A DNA stretch of 64,000 nt from Octopus vulgaris (taxonomy: Eukaryota). The stretch's first letter is position 1. Every line of letters starts with the position of its first letter. The notes below the pieces were generated by a model that was not told the DNA's origin, did not search any database, and worked only from the letters and a program-made list of their open reading frames with translations. Positions 12,530 through 24,442 of the stretch are shown piece by piece. The position numbers were made by a program, and so were the translations under genes. The stretch lies in assembly GCA_951406725.2 (NCBI GenBank), contig OX597814.1:136462001-136526000 (forward strand), in the 5' to 3' direction.

Positions 12530-12800
12530 AATGGCTGTGTAGTTAAGAAACTCGCTTTGCAGCCATATATCTTCAAGTTCAGTCCCACTTCGTTGTACTT
12601 TGGGCAAGTGTCTTCCAGTAAAGCCTCGAACCGACATACAACTTCTGTGTGAATTTGATAAACATCGTATATTTGGGTGTGTTTGTGTGTGCATGTGTGT
12701 ATATGTGTGTGTGTTTGTCCCAACACACCACACCACATCACACTGCTTGACAACTGGTGTTTGGTTGTTTACGTCCATGTAACTTATTGGTTCGACAAAA
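12530..12800 (+). mobile_element. SINE family B, partial
   Basis: TGGCTGTGTAGTTAAGAAAC head, GTTCAGTCCCA B-box, TTGGGCAAGTGTCTTC. Confidence 0.8.
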
Positions 12801-12804
12801 AAAA

Positions 12805-12854
12805 AAGAGAGAGAGAGATAATAGACAAACAGAGCCAGAGATAGACAGACAGAA

Positions 12855-12926
<72 letters not shown>

Positions 12927-12991
12927 CAGAGACAGAGAAACAGAAACAGAGAGACAGATAGACAGAAAAACAGAGGTAGAGAGAGAGAGGT

Positions 12992-13026
<35 letters not shown>

Positions 13027-13061
13027 GAGAAGGAGAGAGGAGAGAGAGAGAGGGGGAGAGA

Positions 13062-13101
<40 letters not shown>
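12805..13101. repeat. (GA)n/(GACA)n/(TA)n compound microsatellite
   Basis: Read directly from the sequence. Confidence 0.95.
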
Positions 13102-13104
<3 letters not shown>

Positions 13105-13364
13105 AGGCTAGTGTGAGAGAACAAATCTGAGACAAATGTTTATCAGAAACGGAAAAATCAGCATAGGTATCAGAATGAAATATTTTATGATACAATCCAT
13201 CCAATGATACAATTCGTTCAATGGTCATACATCGTCATTTGAAACTGCATATCAAGTAATTGTTGGTTGAGATTTTGGTTGGTTAGTTGGTTGGCTGACC
13301 GCCTGAGTGACTGGCTGTATGCGTTACTGCATGTATGGTAGAAAGTAGTTCTTGTTTTACAAAC

Positions 13365-13875
13365 ATATTTGTGACAAATTTTAACTTCCAAAGGAAATTT
13401 TGCAGCAGTTTACCATGAAGAAAAATAATATCACTTCGGGAAAAAGGTGTTAAAAAATCTTACCTGCTCAGTGTCGCCTTCTATCATGTTCATAGACGCG
13501 TTTCTGGCTCATTAATCTTCCTAAGTAGGAAATACCGAAGAGAAGTAAATGTGGGGAGATTATAAAGTTGTAGCTTCCTCTTAGAGCAATCAGTATCAGT
13601 GACTGAGGTGAAATCGCTGACCGCCTGGTCTGAATAGATACAGAAATACCCGTGCTAAGCAGTGATGAGAAACAAGCAAACTTTAGTTTAGATAAACTGT
13701 TTGTGAAATATTTTAACTTTTAAAGGCAATTTCCCTGCATTTTCCTGTGGAGAAAAATTCTCATCTATGTTAAAATGGTGTGAAAATACCTTATCTGCAT
13801 AGTGTCACTCTACATCGGACTCCTATACACGTTTCTGGCTCCTTATCCTTCTTCAGTAGGAGATACCGAAGAGAG
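13365..13875. repeat. Diverged local direct duplication (about 13365-13545 and 13698-13875)
   Basis: Shared blocks TTTGTGA..TTTTAACTT..AAAGG, AGTGTC, GTTTCTGGCTC and AGTAGGA(A/G)ATACCGAAGAGA. Confidence 0.8.
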
Positions 13876-14759
13876 ATAACCCTGAGCATATTAGAAAACC
13901 GTAGCTTTAAGTTAAAATACATCACAAACCTAAAGATGGTTTACTTCTCAACACTGCTAAGCGCTGCCACTACTATACTCTTAATGTTTAACCTGAGACA
14001 GACCTTGATCAGAAAGATCTAGGGTAGTAAAAAAGCAGTCATCCCAATTGTGATTATCTTGTTGCCTTCTGTGGGCACAATAGTAGTCAAATAACATTGT
14101 TCAAGATGATTTGAGAAATAGTTGACTGTTATTTCTATCAAGTTTAACGAAAAAATTGAGGGACACTTCATTGGTTCATTGAACGGGATAGTTTCGCTAA
14201 GTGAAGAAAAATCAGTTATAGAGTGTCTGGGTGGCAGGATAACCGACTGTGTTGTATACTTTGTAGTTGATGGATTAATGAACGAAAGGCTAAAGTATTC
14301 GTTGTTGTTGTTGTTGTAATTATTGGCTTTGATAAAAGAAATCTAAGGACACCCGGTCAGTTTTTTAAACTCTTACACCCTGGACTATATTATCAAAAGT
14401 GTCCTTTAAAAATGAACAATAGATAGTTGCCTCAGAGAGATTTGACTGTTGATTACAGTAGGTCGAGTCAACAGACTCGTTAGTTCGTTAAAGTATTAGT
14501 TGGCAAAATCGCTGATTGTCTACTTGAAAAGATGTTTAACTGGATGCATAGAATTAATAAGAGAACAAACGGACAGGTAGATACTAACCTGGCTTCTAAA
14601 GAGCTGTTAAATGATTAAAAATGACCTGTCTTTTCAGTAAAAAGCAGCATTGCTAAATTGATTTCACATCAAGTAGCACATTTTTGGAAAGTAGCCGATT
14701 GTATTAGAAAGTGGCCGAAACTGAAAGTTTTGCTGCCAAATAAAAAAATATCTTTTATT

Positions 14760-14938
14760 TTTGACTTCTTTCTGTCATTAGACTAGAGCCATGCTGGAGC
14801 ACCACCTTGAAAATTTTTTAGTTGAATGGATCTCAGTACTTATTTTTTTCTTTTAAGCCTGGTACTTATTTTATCGGTCGCTTTTGGTGCACCGCTAAGT
14901 TATATGGACGTAAACAAATCAGCACTGGTTGTCAAGCA
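14760..14938 (-). mobile_element. SINE family B, 3' part
   Basis: GCCATGCTGGAGCACCACCTTG...AAGCCTGGTACTTATT...ACCGCTAAGTTA. Confidence 0.75.
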
Positions 14939-14939
14939 G

Positions 14940-15372
14940 CTACCCTCTTGACCCAGGGCAGCACTGCCTCCTCCAGGCACTTGATGTACGCCTCTGTGTT
15001 GAGTGTGAGGACGTGTGGGGAGCTGAATGGAGGCTTAACATCGCCATCACTAGTGATCACACCAAACACCATGATGTTGACTGGATGTTTGATTTTTATC
15101 ACTCTCGGTACGTGTCTTCAGATTGCATTGTCCTCAAATTAACACCCAAACACTCAGAAATGATCGTATTAGAGCTTCCGGCACGAATGACAAGCAGTAC
15201 AGCATGTAGTTTCTAAATTTCTGGCCGAGTGAATTGCGTCATGGTGCTGTTTTTCTCACAGACAGTAACCAACTGACCCTACTATACTGTGTAGTCGCCA
15301 AAATATAAACAAACAATACTCATGCGCGAAGTTAAGAACATAATATAGCGACAATTTACCCATCGTATCCTG
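14940..15372 (-). mobile_element. maT (DD37D-type) transposon fragment, internally deleted
   Basis: Minus strand translates HVPRVIKIKHPVNIMVFGVITSDGDVKPPF...NTEAYIKCLEEAVLPWVK, similar to the 61941 element. It ends CCTG-TA. Confidence 0.7.
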
Positions 15373-15386
15373 TATATATATATATA

Positions 15387-15790
15387 GGCGTAGGAGTGGC
15401 TGTGTGGTTAGTAGCTTGCTTACGAACCATATGGTTCCGGATTCCGTCCCACACGTGGCACCTTGGGCAAGTGTCTTCTATTGCCTCGGGGTGACCAAAG
15501 CTTTGTAAGTGAATTTGGTAGACGGAAAGTGTAAGAAGCCTGTCGTATGTATATATATATATATATATGTGTGTGTATATATGTTTGTGAGTCTGTCTTT
15601 GTTCCCCCAACATCGCTTGACAACCGATACTGGTGTGTTTACGTCCCTGTAACTTAGCGGTTCTGCAAAAAAGACCGATAGAATAAGTACTAGGCTTACA
15701 AAGAATAAGTCCAGGGGTCGATTTGCTCGACTAAAGGCGGTGCTCCAGCATGGCCACTTGTCAAATTACTGAAACAAGTGAGTAAAAGTG
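15387..15790 (+). mobile_element. SINE family B, full length
   Basis: GGCGTAGGAGTGGCTGTGTGG head, CCTTGGGCAAGTGTCTTCT, internal (TA)n/(TG)n, tail GGTGCTCCAGCATGGCC...CTGAAACAAGT. Confidence 0.9.
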
Positions 15791-15793
15791 TAT

Positions 15794-15826
<33 letters not shown>

Positions 15827-16729
15827 GAAACATATATATACGTATACACACACATATATTTACATATATATATATATACATATACGCACATACATACATG
15901 CATGCATGCATACATACATACATACATACATACATACATACATACATACATACAGGCCTGTTTTTACCCACCTTTCTGCTTGTATCACGTGATCTGTGTT
16001 AGGCACTGGGACGAAATATTTTCGAATGCTTTTCATTATTGACTAATGATTAGCGCATAAGGCATTTTTCGAATAAATTATGTTCGCAATATTTTACTAT
16101 TGAGTACCCCTTCGTTGTAAACAACGTTTATATTTATATATGTGTGTATGTATATAATATATATATATAATGTGTGTGAATGTGTGTGCGTGTTTGTGTG
16201 TGTGTGTATGTGTGTGCGTGCGTGTGTACGTATATTGGCAAGGATTGCCGAATCTGTACAGTGAACAAAAATATTTCGTGGTATTTGATTCCGTCCCGGC
16301 TACGTCACTTTACGCCTGCTCTTCTTTGCCTTTCTTCATATGGAAGTTATAAATACGAGTACCAAACAAACTGTGGATCAATATAATTGACTAAAAGCAG
16401 TTAGAGGCTGTAGCCTAGGATGGTCGCAGTCGAGTGATTAAAATCTTTCGGGTCTCATATATTTTTAGGATCCCAGATATATAGTTTTGAATAATACTTT
16501 AATTTTTGTTTGTTTTATCTTTTGCTTGCTTCCCTAATTTGTCTGTGCCCATGTTGGGGCACCGCCTTGCAGCATTTTAGGCGAATTAAATCGATTCCTA
16601 TACATTTTTTAAAAACCTGGTACTTATTCTGTCGTATATTTTGCTGAACCACTAAATGACGAAGACGTAGATACATCAACCCCTGTTGTCAAGAGGTGGT
16701 AAGAGACAAACGCAGACACATTGACACAT

Positions 16730-17130
16730 CTCACACGCACACATACACATACATACACGCGCGCACGCACACACACGCTCACACGAACACACGCACACAT
16801 ATATACATACATACATACATACATACATACATACATACATACGTACGTACGTTCGTACATACATATATACACACGCACACACGCACTCGCACACACACTC
16901 ACACATACACACACACACAAACACATACATACATACATACATACGTACATACATACATATACACACACGCACGCACACACACACACGCACTCGCACACAC
17001 ACTCACACACACACACAATCACACATACATACATACATACATACATACATACATACATACATACATACATACATACATACATACATACATACATACATAC
17101 ATACATACATACATTCATTCATTCATACAT
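16730..17130. repeat. (TACA)n/(CA)n microsatellite
   Basis: Read directly; it is the source of the MYVC/YIHT pseudo-ORFs. Confidence 0.95.
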
Positions 17131-18575
17131 GCATATATATATAAAGAATAAAAATGCTATATTTAGAAAGGTAAGCGAAACTGTACAATATCAATTCTTA
17201 CTAAAATTCAATTTTGGCTTAAGTAAAATGAAACTATGTCGGTCGGCAATGGAAACAAGGGTCGCAACCTCAGTCCAGCAGTTGCCTCGTATAATAAACC
17301 GTTATTTACATTTGTCGGAAAATGGCGGCTTATTTTAGTTACATCTTTATTATGTACGAAGTTCAAATGCTGTCTAGTCGACTTTGTCTTTTATCCCACC
17401 GAGGTCAATAAAGTCGATAAACTACTGAGGTCGATTCACTCGGCTGTTTTCTTTCCTCAAAAATCTAAAACTCGGAGCCATGTGAGAGAATATTATTTTC
17501 ACTCTGTTTTTAGCAAAAATCTGCTATAATTAAATACAGAGCGTTAGAAACGAGCTTGTTTTGATATACATAAACATAAACAATCAAGCAGGTTGTGTCT
17601 ACATGTTCAAACACGTTTAAGAAGATTGGGCTAATGTTTTATAAATGCTAAAAATAAGGAAAGAATATAGAAGCTTAACAGTAGATTTTTTTTTCTTTCA
17701 GTAAGTGAATGTTAGAAATCAATATTGGAATATTGTATTCTTTTCAATGTCGTCTACCATCATACTTGAAATTTTATTGAAACAAGCGACCATCAGTTGA
17801 ATTACTCGATAATGTTAAATAGGAATTGTCTATGACCAACGTTGAATAATTATTTCGCTTTCTCTCATTCACCGCCAGCGAATGTGAGTGCGCGCGTGTT
17901 CGAACACACACACACACATACACAAACACACGCACGCACACACACATATATAGACACACAGACAAACACAGATTTGTGTGCATACAAACACACGTATGTA
18001 CACACAAAATACACACACACACAAACGTACACTCCCCAACGTTCACACATACACGTACACACACATACGTACACACACATACGTACATACACATATGTGT
18101 ACACACATATGTACAGACACATGTGGGCGAAAATGTCTGCACTAGCTAGTATAAAAAGCCGAAAGCAGACATGAACTCATAAAATTTACAGATCAAGAAA
18201 AAACAAAAGACATTTCGAGGAGACGAAGCGAAAACAGAATAGGAATGTCTTTCAACAAAAGTTTGCTGAGAAAAGCAAGAAAACGGAAAAGATAAGTGCT
18301 AATAAATAGACACAAAAAGCTAAATTTGAGCAGGAGGCCCTCAATATCTTTAGTTTAAGTAGCAATTACTCAAAAGCTAGATAGAATATAATGTCCTTGA
18401 CTAACTAAACAGGATTTGAAACGGTTCCGATAACTGACCATTTGGACTGATCGCCGGGCAGAATGTCGTTGTCATTGTACATTGAAAACAAGACCGAAAC
18501 CGATTGAACTGAGATCAGCAACAAAATGCTGATAGTGAAACCCATTTGAATTGATCCGAGTTGATCAAAGCACCA

Positions 18576-18961
18576 ATGAACACGTAAAGCATGAGTAAAC
18601 AGCATCACCAACAAAAGGAAACAAAAAGAAAACCTACCCAGACAGTCCAAGTTCACCGCATAAACAAACAGTCAAAGAGCCCGGGAAAAATAAATGGTAT
18701 ATGGTAACATATACAAAAAGTACGGCGATAGAAAGGGAAGTAACCAAATTCAAATCGGTAATAAGAGTAAAATTACCAGTGGAGCTTTACACAGAAAATA
18801 CAAAAGGCATAGTAATAGACCAAGAGAGATATGAAAAATTAAAAGAATGGTTTGGAAACAACATAGACCCATTGGGTGTAGAGGCAGAGTTCGACAACCT
18901 ACTGCCTGTTGTAGATTATCTAGATTTGAAGCCATACATGAACACGTAAAGCATGAGTAAA
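18576..18961 (+). other. 338-bp open-frame insert flanked by exact 24-bp direct repeats
   Basis: ATGAACACGTAAAGCATGAGTAAA at 18576-18599 and 18938-18961. One frame is open across the whole insert and includes ORF 18701-18949. Confidence 0.75.
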
Positions 18962-19903
18962 ATTTTGTTAGAGACTACACATACGATGCTAAAAAGGAAA
19001 AAGAAGAGAAAAAAATTATATTAAAACTTATGAAAACAGTTAAATGGTCCCAGTTGAGAGTGGGGTTCAAGTAGCCATTACATCCTCATTAATTATTATC
19101 CATCTTTCATTCATTCGTTTTATGCATTTTGTCCCCACTGTGGTGTTTTGTCTGTACTTGTGCCGTCCCCCTCTGAGTCATAGCCTATGTTCCAAATAAA
19201 GAAAAGCAGTCGATGAGGTTCGCCGTACGGACCAGTCACGCAGACAACGAAGTTACGTCGTCATAATGCGGGACATATCAAAAGGTCTGGCCAATAATCC
19301 TTGCCTTGAGGACTGTTATTGTAGCTTTAAGGGCACACCAGTCGTAATTACACCTAAAAAGACAGGATGGTCACAGCTGTAATATTATTGATTATAGGTC
19401 TATTCGACCAGCTTTGATCAGGAGTTAACCAACAACAACAGCCAAAACTATAGTTATGATGACATTTCTCCATCTTTCCGTCAACTTTCAAATTTTATTC
19501 AGATATGTATTCATTTATTTGCGAAAGTAATTTAATTTCAATATGGCGCAGAAGACAGCCTGCAGAGAATGTCAATAAATATTCGTTTAATTTAGTATAA
19601 GTCAAAAATTTGAAGTAAAATCGTCCACACTACATTTGAAACATAAGACTTGTTTCTGTTTTTCTGTTAGCTTGTTTACTTGCATTTTTATATTTTAAAA
19701 ATATAACGGAAAAGATATATTTTTCCCACGACATTCTTTTTCTGACATATACTTAACTTATATTCTTTCTATCTGACGAAGTCTATAAAGTAAAAAAAAA
19801 AAACGTACTATTATTTATCAAGGACGAGACGCAAAACTGCTCATACTCGGAGATATACATATAGAATTATTGGCGGAGATAAAGGACATGGACCGCACCT
19901 CCT

Positions 19904-20301
<398 letters not shown>

Positions 20302-20311
20302 GCATACATAT

Positions 20312-20356
<45 letters not shown>

Positions 20357-20734
20357 TAAACACACACATACACACACACACACATATATATATAGTTGAA
20401 AAATGCTATAAATTTAATTATCATTACTATGATTATAACTTTTTCGTACATATTTGCATTGTCTTACATATTTGTATTGTCCTTTGAAACGCGAGTATGT
20501 ATTGAATCCTATCTGTATTAAATCTAATTTTTATGCAACATCTTTTTGCTCCTCCATTTTTCTATTATTGTTTATGGTATATTTATACCTACAACGATAT
20601 TTTTCAACTACTATTTTCATATTCTTACTACTTGCTCTGGCTGTTTTTATGAATATGATGAATCTTTATTAGAAATCATTCTTTCTCTCTTTTTGGACCT
20701 CTCGAAAAGTTTGAATTGTTCTTTTTTGAACTTA

Positions 20735-20782
<48 letters not shown>

Positions 20783-20793
20783 TACACACACAT

Positions 20794-20850
<57 letters not shown>

Positions 20851-20852
<2 letters not shown>

Positions 20853-21517
20853 GTAGGATAAAACTTTTTTCGAAAACAAAATTTATCAGTGGCCAGCATA
20901 TTAAAAAATACCTTTAAAGGTTAAATTTATAAACAACTTATAAATGAGGGCAAACGAAAAAATTTTCAGATGCCATATGCCGAAAATTAGACATATTGTC
21001 CATAACCATTATAATTTTTAACAGAACGCACGCTACTCCAAAAAGGTCGACAGATATTTCTAAAAAATTCCATTACTACCATATCGGACCGATTTCAGGG
21101 TTAGCTCGTAACTTTAATATAAATTGAATATAAATTTAATAGTGTTCACTTCCGGACTCCCTCACTCTGTGAGAGACTCAGTTCAAATCGCACGTGTCTC
21201 TAATGGGCTGGAGAATTTCTATTTTGGATGTATTTGGCGTACTTAGTTGTGCTCATGACTTAGTTTTTGCTTCTTCCATGGGTATGAGTAAGTATCTCAT
21301 TTATTTTTTTGCCACATTTATCACTGACGAAGGGAGGGCTCTTACGAGCTAACCCTGAAATCGGTCCGATATGGTAATAATGGAATTTTTTAGAAATATC
21401 TGTCGACCGTTTTGGAGTAGCGTGCGTTCTGTAAAAAATTATAATGGTTATGGACAATATGTCTAATTTTCGGCTTTTGGCATAAGAAATTTTTTTCGTT
21501 TGCCCTCATTTATAAGT

Positions 21518-21520
<3 letters not shown>
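20851..21520 (+). mobile_element. Non-coding Penelope-like fold-back element with hammerhead ribozyme, inside (TA)n
   Basis: Inverted arms 20933-21111 and 21342-21520 (about 179 bp each). The HHR overlaps the start of the right arm. A related fragment lies at 40556-40722(-). Confidence 0.8.
21318..21377 (+). ncRNA. Type I hammerhead ribozyme
   Basis: UUAUCA-CUGACGA-AGGG...CCCU-GAAA-UCGG(U)CCGA-UA^UGGUAA. Stem I has 6 bp, the core is intact, stem III is quasi-palindromic, and cleavage is predicted after 21371. Confidence 0.8.
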
Positions 21521-21568
<48 letters not shown>

Positions 21569-21569
21569 T

Positions 21570-22025
21570 CACTTTTACTGTTTTACTTGTTTCAGTCATT
21601 TTGACAACGGCCATGCTGGAGCACCACCTTAAAGGATTTTTGGTCGAAGCAAGTGACCCCAGGACTTATTCTGTCGGTCTCTGTTGCCGAAAACTAAGTT
21701 ACGGGGTCGTAAACACAGCAACATTGGTTGTCAGGTGATGTTGTGGGGGACAAACATAGACACAAAAACACACATACATAAATATACATGAGAGTGAGTG
21801 CGTGTGTGTAGCATGTGTATATATATATATATACATATGCTACACACACACTTACTTTCATACATAATATACAAATATACATATAGACGCCGGGCTTCTT
21901 TCAGTTTCTATCTACCAAATCCATTCGTAAAGCTTTGGTTGGCCTAAGGCTATAGTAGAAGACACTTGTCCGGAACCATGTGGTTGGGAAGCAATCTTCT
22001 TATCACACAGCCACACCTGCGCCTT
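21570..22025 (-). mobile_element. SINE family B, near full length
   Basis: TTTCAGTCATTTTGACAACGGCCATGCTGGAGC ... CACACAGCCACACCTGCGCC. Confidence 0.85.
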
Positions 22026-22049
22026 GGCGTCATGGACACCATTCCATAC

Positions 22050-22910
22050 CTTTCCAAAGTTATGGGAGACAATTGTAAACGCGGGACGTTTGGTAAGGCT
22101 TTACTTTTTCTCAGACAATACTAAGATTTTATATAAGGTATAAACCACATTACACAATAAACAGTAAAGCTACCCCTCTGTAATGACATTAGCCATGAGG
22201 CCAAAGAGAAAGATTTAAGATCAGACATTGCGATTAAGCTAGAAGCTCTACTAAAGGAAGATGCCTTTATACCAATTAAACACCACAAATATAACTTTGC
22301 TTCCAAGGGCAAATGTCGAGCGATCAACTCTGTGAAGTCGGAGATTGGCTTGATGAGCAAACACTTGCTTAATCCGTTCACAAGATCAGTAAGATGTAAC
22401 ACTAATGAGAACATCTCACTATGATGCAACATTAATGAGAACGTCTCATGGTTAAAATCAACAGCGGCAGAGGTAGAATAAGGTTCAATTTATTCGACAT
22501 AGTGGATTTTTATTCAGTTCTATCGACGGATTTGCTATGTGGGGTGCTAAATTTCATTTGGGCATATAGTTAAATTAGCGATGGGGAGATAAACAACATC
22601 AGACACGATAGGCAAGCCATACTGTTCGACAAGGGTTCGACATGGTTTAACCAGGAAGGCAACTTCGATGTTACAATGGGAGCATTTGGCAGTGCTGTTA
22701 AACGAGACCTCTATAGGTCTTTTTATTCGAGATTACACTAAGGAAGAAATTCCCTTCAACTAGCTTTGGCCTGTATAGGAACGGTACTTTCACATTATCG
22801 AGAATGGTGAACTGCTAGCTTGATGGTCTTTGGAAGGATGTCATTCATGCCTCTGATTCTCTTGGGTTCAAAGTCAAAATAATAAAGACGACCCTTAGAG
22901 TGGTTTACTT
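22050..22910 (+). mobile_element. Degenerate Penelope-like reverse transcriptase fragment
   Basis: Translates DAFIPIKHHKYNFASKGKCRAINSVKSEIGLMSK, FDIVDFY, GNFDVTMGAF and FGLYRNG (decayed YRDDG), matching PLE RT motifs in order. Confidence 0.8.
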
Positions 22911-22914
22911 CTGG

Positions 22915-23027
22915 TTTCAGTCCCACTACGTAGCACATTGGAGAAGTAGGTGTCTTCTGCTATGGACTCGACCAAAGCTTTATGAATGGATTTGATAGGC
23001 GGAAACTGAAAGAAGCCCGTCGTTCAT

Positions 23028-23101
<74 letters not shown>

Positions 23102-23345
23102 TATGCATACAGACATACATGTATATATGCATATATATGTGTGTGTGCGTTTCTGTCTATGTCTTGCTTCCACCACCACTGGAGAACCGGTATTAGTGTG
23201 TTTACGTCCTCGTAACTGGGCGGTTCGGAATAAGGGCCCGATAGAATAAGTACCAGATTTCAAAACAATAAACATAGGGTTCGATTCAATGCACTCAGCA
23301 AAAAATTCCTCAAGGCCGTGCCCCAGCAGTCTAATAAATGAAACA
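22915..23345 (+). mobile_element. SINE family B, 5'-truncated
   Basis: GTTTCAGTCCCACTACG...GGAAACTGAAAGAAGCCCGTCGT...GATAGAATAAGTACCAG. Confidence 0.8.
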
Positions 23346-23351
23346 ACTAAA

Positions 23352-23382
<31 letters not shown>

Positions 23383-23539
23383 GCTGCATACACACTCACT
23401 CTCATACATACCCGCACACGTTCCCATGCACGTACAAAGCTTTCAACTGACCGCTAAACCGGCAAGCATATGACTAGAAAGGCCTTACGTAGCGAATTTT
23501 CAGAACCACTGAAAGAGTAAGATAAAAAATAATCTATTC

Positions 23540-23742
23540 TACTAAAGGCGCAAGGCCTGAAATTCGGGGGAGAGGACTAGTCGATTACATCGAACCCAGT
23601 ATTTTACTGGTATTTAATATATCCACCCTAAAACGATAAAAAGCAAAGTCGACCTTGGCGGAATTTGAACTCAGAAGGTAGCGAAGGGCAAACTGCTAAG
23701 CATTTCGTCCAGCTCGCTAACGATTCTGCCAGCTCGCTACCT
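23540..23742 (-). mobile_element. SINE family A
   Basis: CAAAGTCGACCTTGGCGGAATTTGAACTCAGAA...GCTAACGATTCTGCCAGCTCGC. Confidence 0.85.
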
Positions 23743-23972
23743 TAAGATAAAAATAATCTGCCAAGTTGTGCATATTTTGTACTTGTGAGGAAAACCATTC
23801 TTTGTTGTATTTCTTTCGATCGATAATTTCTGAGTAGAAATCCTGTTGATGTCAACTTTACCTTTCATCCATCTGGCTTCGGTAAAATAAAGTACCAGTG
23901 GAATAGCATAGTTAATGATATCAACTAAAATCTTCCCCTCAAAATTGCTAGCTTTGTACCTAAATCCTTATT

Positions 23973-24008
<36 letters not shown>

Positions 24009-24044
24009 ACACACATTTATACACATGTAGGCAGACAAATCGAC

Positions 24045-24065
24045 AAATAGATAGATAGATAGATC

Positions 24066-24116
<51 letters not shown>

Positions 24117-24143
24117 TGATAGATTGATATATAGATAGATAGG

Positions 24144-24225
<82 letters not shown>

Positions 24226-24235
24226 AATAGATAAA
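24045..24235. repeat. (GATA)n microsatellite
   Basis: Read directly from the sequence. Confidence 0.95.
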
Positions 24236-24380
24236 CGTAATTATTCATGACAAACTGCAGATTCGTCAAATGTGCTTCAAGTAGAAAGAAACTCTCTCTC
24301 TCCCACACACATACACACACACATACATATGTTATATATACATACATACTTACATATATATATATATATATAAATATATT

Positions 24381-24442
<62 letters not shown>

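Noticed and set aside
19765-19868. CTGACGA-A-GTC...GAC-GAGAC possible hammerhead
   Set aside because: GAAA is mutated to GAGA and there is no NUH triplet before the putative stem I strand. It is at best a dead relic.
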